DNA of 64,000 nucleotides from an uncultured Pseudomonadota bacterium. GTDB taxonomy: Bacteria; Pseudomonadota; Alphaproteobacteria; JACZXZ01. The DNA lies in NCBI GenBank assembly GCA_963749075.1, contig CAVVLJ010000016.1:480001-544000 (forward strand), read 5' to 3'. Below are positions 34,462-43,390 of the stretch, piece after piece (the stretch's first letter is position 1; every line of letters begins with the position of its first letter). Under the pieces are notes generated by a model that saw only the letters and a program-made list of their open reading frames with translations, was not told the origin of the DNA and did no database searches. The position numbers and the translations under genes were made by a program.

Positions 34462-36034
34462 ATGGACCGCGTGATCGTCTATCCGGGCGCCATTCCGCTC
34501 GAGACCGACCTCTTGAACACGAACCGCAACGTGCTGGTGGCGCTCGCCAAGCTGGCCCAGGCGGTATGGGGCACGAGCTCGAGCACGACGCCCTTCGCCC
34601 ACGGACTCGCCTGCGCGCCGACGAGCCCGGCCTCGCTCTCGGTCACCGTGGCGCCCGGCCAGAATCTATGCGGTCGAGGACCTGGATGCCGCCGCCTACA
34701 GCTCGCTCGCGGCCGACACCAGCGACCTCATCCTCAAGCAGGGCGTCATCCTGTCTTCGACGACCTTCACCCTGACCCCGCCGGCGGGCGCCGGCCAGTC
34801 GGTCGTCTATTTGATCGAGGCGGCCTTCGAGGAAGTGGACGGCGGTGCCGTCACCTTGCCCTACTACAACGCCTCCAATCCGGCGCAGGCCTATGCCGGG
34901 CCGAACAATTCCGGCGTTGCGCAAAATACCGTGCGCCAGGGCCAATGCGTGCTGCAGCTCAAGGAGGGCATCGCCGCCAACACGGGCACGCAGGCGGCAC
35001 CCGCCGCCGATCCCGGCTTTCTCCCGCTGTGGACCGTCACGGTCGCGAACGGCCAGACGCAGATCGCCTCACCGAATATCGCCGAGGCGGGCGGGGCTGC
35101 CTTCCTCGCCGGGCTCCTCAATTCCCACCACGGCGGCATTGCCGGAGAGGCGCCCAAGATCCAGCTCTCCGCCTCGGCCGAGGTGCAGGGCGTCCTGCCG
35201 CTCGCCAACCTGCCGGCCTCGGACTCCTCGTCGGCCGCCTACGGCCTGCCGGCCATGACGCTCATCAACGGCAATCCAAATGGCGCCAAGAGCGGCAACT
35301 GCAACGTCAATAATGCATCGGATCTGTGCTTCGACCTGACCAACGGCATCCTTTACGTCTGCGCCCAGACGGGCGGCACCACGACGGCCGTGTGGCGGCG
35401 TCTCACCGGCTTCAACGGACGACAGGTCTACGGCCAAGGTACTTACAGCTTCACCGTGCCGGCCGGCGTCTACACCATCTTCGGTCGCGTGTGGGGTGCC
35501 GGCGGCGGCGGCGGAGGTGCGAATAACAGCAACTTCGGGGATGGCGGCGGCGGCGGCGGCTACGCCGAGGGCTGGTTCTCGGTCACGCCCGGCCAGGTCA
35601 TCACGATCATCGTCGGCGCGGGCGGCGCCGCCGGCTACACGACCGGCGGCAATGGCGGCAATGGCGGCAGCTCGAGCATCGGCTCCTACATGTCGGCGAC
35701 CGGCGGCCTCGGTGGTCCCGGCGATATGTCGGCCGTGTCGACAGGCTCCTTCGCGGTGCCCGCCGGCGGAACGGGCTACGGCGGCGATGAGGAAATGGTG
35801 GGTGGCACGGGCGGCGTGACGATTGGTAGCTACGGCGCTCCCGGCGTCGTGCCGGGCGATGGCGGCGGCGCGCCAAAAGGCGGCCAAGGTGGGACGGCTG
35901 CTTGGAATCAGGAGGGCCAAAACGGCGTGCGACCCGGCGGCGGCGGAGCGGGCGGTGCTGCCGATTACTACAACGGCGGCAGCCCCAACCAAGGCGGCAA
36001 CGGCGCCGACGGCCTTGTCGAGCTCATGTGGTGA
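34462..36034 (+). CDS. Tail fibre protein with glycine-rich C-domain (frameshift near 34664)
   Basis: MDRVIVYPGAIPLETDLL N-terminus continues after a +1 base (CAGAATC) into LPYYNASNP..RQG and FTVPAGV..VWGAGGGGG. Confidence 0.75.
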
Positions 36035-36037
36035 TCC

Positions 36038-36745
36038 ATGGCAAATAAAATCTACGCACGGATCGCGGCCGGAGTGGTCGCCGAGATCGTCACCCTCGAC
36101 GCCGGCATCAACATCGCGAGCGCGTTCCACGCCTCGCTCGCCTTCGTCGAGATCACCAGTCTCTCGCCGCAGCCGGCGGTCGGTTGGACGTACAACGGGA
36201 GCGCCTTTGCGGCTCCGGTGCCGACGCTCGCGGTGGCGCAGGACCTCGCAAATGCAGCCCTCATCGCCGCCTGCGCGAACGCGATCGCGGCCGGCTGCCT
36301 CTCCTCGGCGCTCGGCTCGCCGCACACCTATCCGACCGGCCAGACGGATCAAGCGAACCTCACCGCGAGTGCCGTCGATGCTCAGCGCGTGCCGGCGTCC
36401 TGGCAGGCATCCACCGCCTACACAGTGGGCCAGGACGTGATGGCAGGCGCCGTGCGGCTCATCTGCACTGCGCCGGGCACGTCAGGTGCGACCGTGCCGA
36501 GCGGGCCGGGCGCTGACGCCAGCGTCACCTGGGCGGCGTGGACGACGCCGGTCATGTGCGCCTCGGGCGATCCCACGGTCGCGGCCAACTGGTCGTTGGC
36601 ACCCCACAGCGCGGCGCAGGTCGAGCAGGCGGGCGCCGACGTGAAGGCCATGATCGTGGCGGCGCGCACGAAGCTCGCCCAGCTCAAGGCGCAGCTCGCC
36701 GCGGCCATGACCGCCGCCGCGGCTCAAGCGGTGGTGTGGTCGTGA
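36038..36745 (+). CDS. Tail fibre assembly-like protein with a carbohydrate-binding-like insert
   Basis: YARI..GVVAEI, VGWTYNG, SSALGSPHTYP..TDQANL, WQASTAYTVG, HSAAQV. Confidence 0.65.
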   Translation: MANKIYARIAAGVVAEIVTLDAGINIASAFHASLAFVEITSLSPQPAVGWTYNGSAFAAPVPTLAVAQDLANAALIAACANAIAAGCLSSALGSPHTYPTGQTDQANLTASAVDAQRVPASWQASTAYTVGQDVMAGAVRLICTAPGTSGATVPSGPGADASVTWAAWTTPVMCASGDPTVAANWSLAPHSAAQVEQAGADVKAMIVAARTKLAQLKAQLAAAMTAAAAQAVVWS

Positions 36746-36787
36746 GACGGCAATGCTCCGAGAGGCGCCTCAAAGGAGGCTCGCGCG

Positions 36788-37033
36788 ATGCTGGAAGCTA
36801 ACGGCATCCAGCGCGACCTCGGGCGCCACGAGGCCGAACTCCAGGCGCTGAGCCGCTTCATCGAGAAGATCGAGGAGACCCAGGAGGACCAGATGCGCGC
36901 GATCGACGCCATCAACCGCACGCTCGCGGAGGCGCGCGGAGGATGGCGCACGCTCCTTCTTGTCTGCGGCGCCTCGGGGGCGGTGGGAGCCGCCATGTGG
37001 AAGCTGCTCGCGCTTCTCGGCTACGTGCGCTGA
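36788..37033 (+). CDS. Small coiled-coil membrane protein (holin-like)
   Basis: Coiled coil followed by ARGGWRTLL transmembrane segment, at the start of the lysis block. Confidence 0.55.
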   Translation: MLEANGIQRDLGRHEAELQALSRFIEKIEETQEDQMRAIDAINRTLAEARGGWRTLLLVCGASGAVGAAMWKLLALLGYVR

Positions 37034-37065
37034 GCGGTGCCGACGCGGATAAGGGCTCGATCGCC

Positions 37066-37476
37066 ATGGCGACACCACGCGGCATCCGCAACAATAATCC
37101 GGGCAACCTGCGCCGCTCGGCCGACCGCTGGGCGGGCCTGGCGGAAATCCAGGTCGACGCCGAGTTCCTGCAGTTCGCGGAGCCGGTCTTCGGACTGCGG
37201 GCGCTGGCGCGCACCCTCTATAATTACCAGGCTAAGCATCGTCTCGGAACCATCCGCGCCGTCGTGTCGCGCTTTGCGCCGGCGAGCGAGAACGACACGG
37301 CGGCCTATGCGGCCGCCGTCTCGGCCGACATGCGCGCCTCGGCCGACGAGCCCGTCGATCTCGCCGACCCGGAGGAGCTCGCCGCACTCGTCAAGGCGAT
37401 CGTGCGCCACGAGAACGGCGAGCAGCCCTATTCCGACGATCTCGTCGACCAGGCGGTCAAGCGCGCGCTCGCCTGA
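37066..37476 (+). CDS. Putative endolysin (RNNNPGN family)
   Basis: PRGIRNNNPGNLR...G.RA...RFAPASENDT.AY...AIVRHENG. Confidence 0.75.
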   Translation: MATPRGIRNNNPGNLRRSADRWAGLAEIQVDAEFLQFAEPVFGLRALARTLYNYQAKHRLGTIRAVVSRFAPASENDTAAYAAAVSADMRASADEPVDLADPEELAALVKAIVRHENGEQPYSDDLVDQAVKRALA

Positions 37477-37498
37477 GCGCACCCGGTCCGGTTCCCCC

Positions 37499-38146
37499 AT
37501 GACCCAGCTCGATGCATCGCCGTCTGCACGCGCGGCCGCGGCGGCCGTGCTTGCCGAGGCGGCCTACCGCGAGGCCCCGAGCTACCGCTGGCAGGACGTG
37601 CACGCTCTGCGCAGCGATGCCTGGGGAGCGCCGCTCATCGCCTTCCGCGGCACGACGCGCGATCTCGAGGACTGGCTCCGCGACCTCGAGGCGTGGCCCG
37701 AGCGCTGCCCGCAGCTCGGCTGGTGCCACGCGGGCTTTCTCAAGGGCGCGCGCCAGATCGAGCGCGCGCTCTGGCTCGAGTTCGTACGCAGCGGCGCGCG
37801 GCCGGTGCTCGCCGGGCATTCGCTTGGCGGCGCCCTGGCGCTCCTCACGGGCGCCCTCCTCGCGGCGCACGGAGTAATGCCCCGCGCGATCGTCACCTTC
37901 GGAGCGCCGCGCGCGGGCTTCGCCAAGCTGCGCCGCGTGCTGCGCGCGGTCGCGGTCGAGCAGTACCGCTTCGGCGAAGACGTTGTGCCGACCGTGCCGT
38001 GGGCGCTCTGGCCGCTCCTGCGCTACGCGCACGTGCGGGCGCCCACGCCCGTCGGCACCAGCACGGGCGACGCGCTCGCCGACCATCACATCGCCAATTA
38101 CGTCCGCGTCCTTGGCGCCACGCGCGCCGCCGCGGACGGCGACTAG
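37499..38146 (+). CDS. Lipase class 3-like alpha/beta hydrolase
   Basis: IAFRGT, HAGF, GHSLGG, TFGAPR, DVVPTVP, DHHIANY. Confidence 0.85.
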   Translation: MTQLDASPSARAAAAAVLAEAAYREAPSYRWQDVHALRSDAWGAPLIAFRGTTRDLEDWLRDLEAWPERCPQLGWCHAGFLKGARQIERALWLEFVRSGARPVLAGHSLGGALALLTGALLAAHGVMPRAIVTFGAPRAGFAKLRRVLRAVAVEQYRFGEDVVPTVPWALWPLLRYAHVRAPTPVGTSTGDALADHHIANYVRVLGATRAAADGD

Positions 38147-38177
38147 CAGCAATCGCCTCTCGGAAGGAGCACTCGTC

Positions 38178-38432
38178 ATGAGCATCGATGCACTGCTCGC
38201 CCCTCTCGTAGCAGCCCTCGTCGGCGTGCCGCTGGCCGGGCGCTATCTCGCCTATCTGCCGCAGGCGCTCGCCGTCGCCTCGGCCGTCATCGGCTGCGCC
38301 TCGGCCATCGCCGCGGTGGTGCCGCATCCCGCCAACCTCGACGGCTGGCTCGGCAAGGCGCGCACGCTGCTCAACTGGCTCGCCCTCAACGTCGGCCAGG
38401 CCAAACCCGCCGCGACGCAATCTCGCGAATAG
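38178..38432 (+). CDS. Holin-like membrane protein
   Basis: 84 aa, hydrophobic, LLNWLALNVGQA; AAGGAG RBS. Confidence 0.55.
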   Translation: MSIDALLAPLVAALVGVPLAGRYLAYLPQALAVASAVIGCASAIAAVVPHPANLDGWLGKARTLLNWLALNVGQAKPAATQSRE

Positions 38433-38452
38433 ATCGATAGAAGGAGCATGCC

Positions 38453-38761
38453 ATGACACGTCCATTGCTCAAGTCCCTCGCGCTGGCCGCAGCACTCGCG
38501 CTCGCGGCGTGCGGCAGCGCGCAGCAGGACATCGCTGCGGCCTGCACGGCGCTCACGGCCGGCGACCAGGTCTTCCAGGATTTCGCCACGGCCGGCAAGG
38601 CAAGTGCGGCCGACCAGAAGGCCGAGGCCGAGGCGATGGCCGGCGTGAAGGTCCTCTGCACGCCGCCCTATCCGCAGGACACCGCCGGCGCGGTCGCCGA
38701 GGTGGTGAGCGCCACGGCCGCGGTCGCGGCACTCGCCGCCAACTACAAGAGCGGCCAATGA
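38453..38761 (+). CDS. Lipoprotein
   Basis: Lipobox LAAC; AAGGAG RBS. Confidence 0.7.
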   Translation: MTRPLLKSLALAAALALAACGSAQQDIAAACTALTAGDQVFQDFATAGKASAADQKAEAEAMAGVKVLCTPPYPQDTAGAVAEVVSATAAVAALAANYKSGQ

Positions 38762-38988
38762 CTGCCTATGCCCTCATCGCCGCCGGCCTGCTGCTCGCCA
38801 TTTTCGTCGCCTGGTACGCCTTCCGTCAGGCGCGGCAGGCAGGCTCCGCCGAGGAACAGGCGGCGCTCAGCGCCGACCAGCTCGAGTCCACCAAGGAGAA
38901 GCTCGATGCCGCAGAGGATGCGAGCCTGCGCGCTGCTGGCGATTCTGGCTATGCTGAGCGGTTGCGCCAGCGCTATACCCAGCGTTGA
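38758..38988 (+). CDS. Putative i-spanin (Rz-like)
   Basis: N-terminal TM (MTAYALIAAGLLLAIFVAWYAF) plus coiled coil; ATGA overlap. Confidence 0.6.
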   Translation: MTAYALIAAGLLLAIFVAWYAFRQARQAGSAEEQAALSADQLESTKEKLDAAEDASLRAAGDSGYAERLRQRYTQR

Positions 38989-39121
38989 CGGCTGCCTCGA
39001 GTTCCGCCCGATCACGCCCACGGCCGACGACTGGAAGAGCCTCAGCCGCTCGCTCGCGCGCCAGATCATCGACCACGATGCGCGCTACGACCGCCTCTGC
39101 GCCAAGGAGCCCGTGAAGTGA
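38918..39121 (+). CDS. Putative o-spanin (Rz1-like lipoprotein)
   Basis: Overlaps the i-spanin 3' end; lipobox LSGC; C..FRPI...ARQI..HD..Y..LC. Confidence 0.65.
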   Translation: MRACALLAILAMLSGCASAIPSVDGCLEFRPITPTADDWKSLSRSLARQIIDHDARYDRLCAKEPVK

Positions 39122-39162
39122 GCTAGCGCCGCCCGTCCGCCCGATAGACGACCCCCGACGTC

Positions 39163-39191
39163 GCCCGCGCCCTTCGGGGCGCGGGCTTTTT
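39163..39191 (+). terminator. Rho-independent terminator
   Basis: GCCCGCGCCC-TTCG-GGGCGCGGGC-TTTTT. Confidence 0.85.
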
Positions 39192-39332
39192 GCGTGTCCG
39201 GATGCCGCGCACCCTTGCCAGGCGCTGCGCCTTGCCGTCGCGGCCGGCAGGGTGCATCCTCGGGCTGAGAGCCACGGCCGGCCGGCGATTGCCGGGCGAG
39301 ATCCGACGCCGGCCGGGGAAGGAGTGCTGGGA

Positions 39333-39773
39333 ATGCCGATCGATCCGAAGGACGTCGCGGAGGCCTTCAAGGCCAGGCTCACGCAAGTGCGTGTCGATAA
39401 GACGGCGGCGCCGATGACCGAATTGGAGCTTGTCCAGGACGCCGAGCGGACATTCGCCGATCTCTGGGCGGTCCTGACCGGCATCAACAGCGCGGTGCGC
39501 GAGAAATTCGGCGTCGACGCCGGCATCACCTATCGCTTGAGCCACCTCGATCTCAAGCAGAGAGCGGTCGTCGGAGAGATCGCCGGGACGAAGCCGCTGC
39601 GTCAGCCGTTCCGCCAGACCTTCAAGATTCAGAACGGCCGCATTTGGATGAAGGCATTTCTTTATGACGACGGCAGACGAGGGGCGAAGCGCTACGACTA
39701 CGCGCCCGGCGAGAATCTCGACAAGCTGATCGATCGCCTCATCGAGACGCTGACGATTTATTTCGGCCTCTGA
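39333..39773 (+). CDS. Hypothetical protein
   Basis: 146 aa from ATG after AAGGAG. Confidence 0.6.
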   Translation: MPIDPKDVAEAFKARLTQVRVDKTAAPMTELELVQDAERTFADLWAVLTGINSAVREKFGVDAGITYRLSHLDLKQRAVVGEIAGTKPLRQPFRQTFKIQNGRIWMKAFLYDDGRRGAKRYDYAPGENLDKLIDRLIETLTIYFGL

Positions 39774-39798
39774 GCGCCCCCCGGCATGCCGCTGCCGC

Positions 39799-40776
39799 CT
39801 ATAGATGGAACAGGCGCCTGGCCGTCTCGCCGAGGATCGCCCTTCGCTCGGCTTGGCTGAGCGTTGCGCCCTCGACCACCTCTGTAGGCGCCTCGTCGCC
39901 GATCGGGAAGGGGTGGTCGGAGCCGAGCAGCAGCTTGTCCGCGCCGGCGAGATCGCAGAGGAATTCGAGCGCCCGCGGGTCGAACAGCACGGTGTCGAAA
40001 TAGAGCCGGCGGAAGCCGTCGAGCGCTTGGGCATATTGCCCCGGGTGGATGGCGTTGTTGCGCTGGAGGCGCCCGAGGGCGTAGGGGAGGGCGCCGCCGC
40101 CGTGGGAGACGATGAGATTGGCGCCCGCATATCTCTCGAGATGGCCCGAGTAAAGCAGCCGCGCCACCGCGATGCTGGTATCGGCCAGCCGGCCGACCGC
40201 GTTCAAGAGATCGTAGGCGTCGAGCCGGTCGTCGCCGCAGAGGAACATGGGATGGATGAAGACGGCGCACCGGTGCGCCGAGGCCGCCTCCCAGAACGGG
40301 TTGAGGTCGGGATCGTCGAGCACGCCGCCGGCACCCTTGGGCTGGGTCCCGATCATGACGCCCTTGAAACCCCGGGCGAGCGCCTCCTCGAGCAGGCGCG
40401 CAGCAGCCTCGCCGCTCTGCAGCGGCACCGAGGCCAGCGCGCTCAGCGCGGGAAATCTGCCGGCATCGGAGAGCATGGCCTCGTTCATGAAGCGGCACCA
40501 GTCGGCACCCTCGTCCGGCGGCAGCTCGTAGCCGAAAATGTCGAGCCAGCCGCCGGCCACCTGGCGGTCGATCTTCTGCTTGGCCAGCCACTCCCGCCGC
40601 TGCTCGAGATCGATGAGCTTGGGCGAGACGGGCCGGGTCGGCTTGCCGCCGGCAAAGGCGAGCCGCGCGCCGCCGCCTTCCCGCGTCAGCTTGACCGAGG
40701 GGAAGAGCCGGCGCTGTGCCGCCAGGGCATCGAGGAACGCGGCCGGCACGAAATGGGCGTGGGCATCGACGATCAT
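39799..40776 (-). CDS. Amidohydrolase family (ACMSD-like) protein
   Basis: VDAHAH, VFIHP, SHGGG, LYFDT, LLGSDHPF. Confidence 0.85.
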   Translation of the reverse strand: MIVDAHAHFVPAAFLDALAAQRRLFPSVKLTREGGGARLAFAGGKPTRPVSPKLIDLEQRREWLAKQKIDRQVAGGWLDIFGYELPPDEGADWCRFMNEAMLSDAGRFPALSALASVPLQSGEAAARLLEEALARGFKGVMIGTQPKGAGGVLDDPDLNPFWEAASAHRCAVFIHPMFLCGDDRLDAYDLLNAVGRLADTSIAVARLLYSGHLERYAGANLIVSHGGGALPYALGRLQRNNAIHPGQYAQALDGFRRLYFDTVLFDPRALEFLCDLAGADKLLLGSDHPFPIGDEAPTEVVEGATLSQAERRAILGETARRLFHL

Positions 40777-41600
40777 GGCGTGGGTCCCTGTTTGTCCGCG
40801 GGCTTGTCCTCGGCCTTGTCCTCGGCCTTGTCCTCGGCCTTTTCCTCTGGCCCGTCCGCGAGCGCTTGCAGGATCTCGTAGCGGACGGCCTCGCGTCCCG
40901 CGCATGACAGGTCCTCGGGGATGACGGCCGTATAGGCGATGCGCGCCGGGCGACGGAAGACCAGGATGCGCTCGCCCAATTGCAGCGCCTCGTTGATCGA
41001 ATGGGTGACGAAGATGCTCGTCGTCCCGCTGCCGCGCGTGAGCTCGCGGAACTCGGCGCGCAGCGCCTCGCCGGTCACCTCGTCGAGCGAGGCGAAAGGC
41101 TCGTCGGCAAGCAGGATGTCCGGCTTGCCGGCAAAGGCGCGCGAGATGCTGACCCTCTGGCGCATGCCGCCCGAGAGCGCGTGCGGATAGTCGTTCTCGT
41201 GGCCGCCGAGGCCGAGCCGCTCGAGCCAGTGCAGCGCTATGGCGCGGCGCTCCTCGGGCGGCATGTTGTTGAGCTCAAGCCCGAGCTCGACGTTGGCGCG
41301 CGCCGTGCGCCAGGGCATCAGGCGGTCGCTCTGGAAGACGATGCCGAGCTTGCCGCGGAACCAGGCGAAGTCGCGGTAGGGATCGCGGCCCTTGACGAGA
41401 ATGCGGCCGGCGCTCGGCCGGATGAGGCCGGCAAGGAGATTGAACATGGTCGACTTGCCGCAGCCGGTCTTGCCGAGCACGGCGACGCGCTCGCCGGGTG
41501 CCACCGTGAAGCTCAGCTCGCGCACGGCCTCGAAGGTGCCCCCGCCTTGCCGCGGAAAGGATTTGCTCACGCCCTCGAAGACGATCTCGGGCTCGCTCAA
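40773..41600 (-). CDS. NitT/TauT-type ABC transporter ATP-binding protein
   Basis: GKTGCGKS, LSGGMRQR, LLADEPF, FVTH. Confidence 0.9.
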   Translation of the reverse strand: MSEPEIVFEGVSKSFPRQGGGTFEAVRELSFTVAPGERVAVLGKTGCGKSTMFNLLAGLIRPSAGRILVKGRDPYRDFAWFRGKLGIVFQSDRLMPWRTARANVELGLELNNMPPEERRAIALHWLERLGLGGHENDYPHALSGGMRQRVSISRAFAGKPDILLADEPFASLDEVTGEALRAEFRELTRGSGTTSIFVTHSINEALQLGERILVFRRPARIAYTAVIPEDLSCAGREAVRYEILQALADGPEEKAEDKAEDKAEDKPADKQGPTP

Positions 41601-42391
41601 AGGCCGCGCTCCGCGAGCGGCCGGTAGCGCAGCAGCCGGCCCTCGAGAAGCGTGATCAGGCGCTGGAGGACGAGGACGAAGATGACCAGCACCAGCGTCC
41701 AGGCGATGGCGCCGGCCATGTCGAACATCTGCTGCTGCTGCAGGAGCGCATAGCCGATGCCGCCCGTGGCGCCCACGAGCTCGGCCACCACCACGACGCG
41801 CGAGGCATTGCCCAGATTGACCTTCCACGCCGTGACGATGCCCGGCAGCACGGTCGGCACCACCAGCACGCGGAGGAGATCGTAGCGCGACGGCCGGAAG
41901 AACAGCGTCATCTCGAGCAGGTCCTTCGACATCGCGCGGTAGGCATCGAGCACCTGGAAGCTGAAGGCGGGCAGCGTCGTCACCACCATGATGAAGAAAA
42001 TGCGCACCTCGATGCCCCTGAGCCAGATGATGGAGATGACGACCCAGGAGAGCGCGGGCACGCCCTGGCAGAAGCTCAGGATCGGCTCGGCATAGCGCGC
42101 GAAACGCTCCGAGCGCCCCATCGCGAAAGCGAGGATGCTGCCGAGCACGAAGGCGCCGGCGAGGCCGGCCAGGATGCGGCCTGCCGTCGCGAGCACGTCC
42201 GAGAGGGTGTCCCAGGCGGTGAAGATGGCGATGAAATGCCCGGCCACGTCGGGAAGCGGCGGGAAGAGAAAATGCGGAAAGAAGTAGGAGGCGATCTGCC
42301 AGAGCGCGGCAAGGCCGGCGAGCGACAGCCATCCTTCGTAGCGGACGTGCGGCCGGACTGCCGCGGCAGGCGCCGGCGGAGCGGCCGTCAC
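41597..42391 (-). CDS. NitT/TauT-type ABC transporter permease
   Basis: Multiple TMs; VVVVAELVGATGGIG. Confidence 0.85.
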   Translation of the reverse strand: MTAAPPAPAAAVRPHVRYEGWLSLAGLAALWQIASYFFPHFLFPPLPDVAGHFIAIFTAWDTLSDVLATAGRILAGLAGAFVLGSILAFAMGRSERFARYAEPILSFCQGVPALSWVVISIIWLRGIEVRIFFIMVVTTLPAFSFQVLDAYRAMSKDLLEMTLFFRPSRYDLLRVLVVPTVLPGIVTAWKVNLGNASRVVVVAELVGATGGIGYALLQQQQMFDMAGAIAWTLVLVIFVLVLQRLITLLEGRLLRYRPLAERGL

Positions 42392-43362
42392 GGAATGTCC
42401 TCGCCGTAGATGGACGCACGCGAAGGCATCGCGGGGAGCGCGCCCACGGCGAGCCCGGCACGATAGACGGCCTCGATGGCCCCCGCAAGCTTCGCCGCCG
42501 GCTCGACGTTCATGCCGAGCCGCGTATTGTGGCTGATGAGGTCCTCGAGTGCCTTGCGGCCCGCGTCGCCGGCCTTGGGGCCGGCGATGATCGCCGCCGC
42601 TTCCACCGGATTGGCAAGGACCCATGCCGCCGCCGCGCGGTAGCAATGGTAGAGCGGCGCCACCAGATCGCGGTGCTTCGCGACCCACGCCGCCTGTGCC
42701 GCCATGCCGAGATAGGGGATCGCGTCCTCGTGCGCGAAGCTCCGCCAGCTCTTGGCGATGTCGAGATCGAGCGTGCGGATGTCCGGCTTTTTCGACAGCA
42801 GCACCGAATAGGCCGGCTCCCAGAGCTGCACGGCGTCGGCGCGGTCGGCAAGCGCGTAGCCGACAAGGCCGGGGGTTGCCGTATTGACGACCGAGAAAGA
42901 GGCCGGGTCGACGCCTTGCTGGCGCGCGAGCCACTCGAACATCGCGTAGTTGGTCGTGCCGCGCGCGGCTGCGAGCTCCTTGCCCTTGAGATCGGCGAGC
43001 GTCTTGATCCCGGGCCGGGAGGTCACCACCGCACCCCAATAATCGAAGAGGTTGAAGAGATAGACGGCCTTGACGCCGCGCGTGTCGGCGAGACCCACGG
43101 TCAGCACGGCGCCGCTGCCGCCGAGCTCGAACTCGCCGGAATTGAACTCGGTGGCATAGGCATCGGGCGTGCGCTCGGCAAAGCCGATGTCGAGCCCGTT
43201 CGCCTTGTCGAAGCCCTTCTCCTTGATCACCGGCGGCAGGAAGGCGCCGAGCGAGGGCGCGTTGAAGATCACGATGGTGAGCGGCGCCGCCGCAACGGCC
43301 GCCGCACTTCCGCCGAGCAGCGCCAGCGCCGCCGCGACGATCGAAAGCCGAAATCGAGTCAT
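42388..43362 (-). CDS. ABC transporter substrate-binding protein (NMT1/SsuA-like)
   Basis: Signal peptide; IKTLADLKGK, ADAVQLWEP. Confidence 0.85.
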   Translation of the reverse strand: MTRFRLSIVAAALALLGGSAAAVAAAPLTIVIFNAPSLGAFLPPVIKEKGFDKANGLDIGFAERTPDAYATEFNSGEFELGGSGAVLTVGLADTRGVKAVYLFNLFDYWGAVVTSRPGIKTLADLKGKELAAARGTTNYAMFEWLARQQGVDPASFSVVNTATPGLVGYALADRADAVQLWEPAYSVLLSKKPDIRTLDLDIAKSWRSFAHEDAIPYLGMAAQAAWVAKHRDLVAPLYHCYRAAAAWVLANPVEAAAIIAGPKAGDAGRKALEDLISHNTRLGMNVEPAAKLAGAIEAVYRAGLAVGALPAMPSRASIYGEDIP

Positions 43363-43390
43363 GAGCCGCCTCCTTTCCGCCCGCACCTGG

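Larger units (their letters stand above)
1..39191 (+). mobile_element. Prophage-like (contractile-tail) morphogenesis and lysis region, possibly domesticated; left end lies outside the window
   Basis: Co-oriented run of head, neck, sheath, tube, baseplate, fibre and lysis genes ending at a rho-independent terminator; no integrase, replication or terminase gene inside the window. Confidence 0.9.

Noticed and set aside
39121-39800. attR site, tRNA or integrase at the right prophage boundary
   Set aside because: None recognisable; a partner repeat could lie outside the window, so absence is not proven
40803-40847. 12-bp tandem repeat (KAED)n at the ABC ATPase C-terminus
   Set aside because: In-frame low-complexity tail with no sign of a regulatory role
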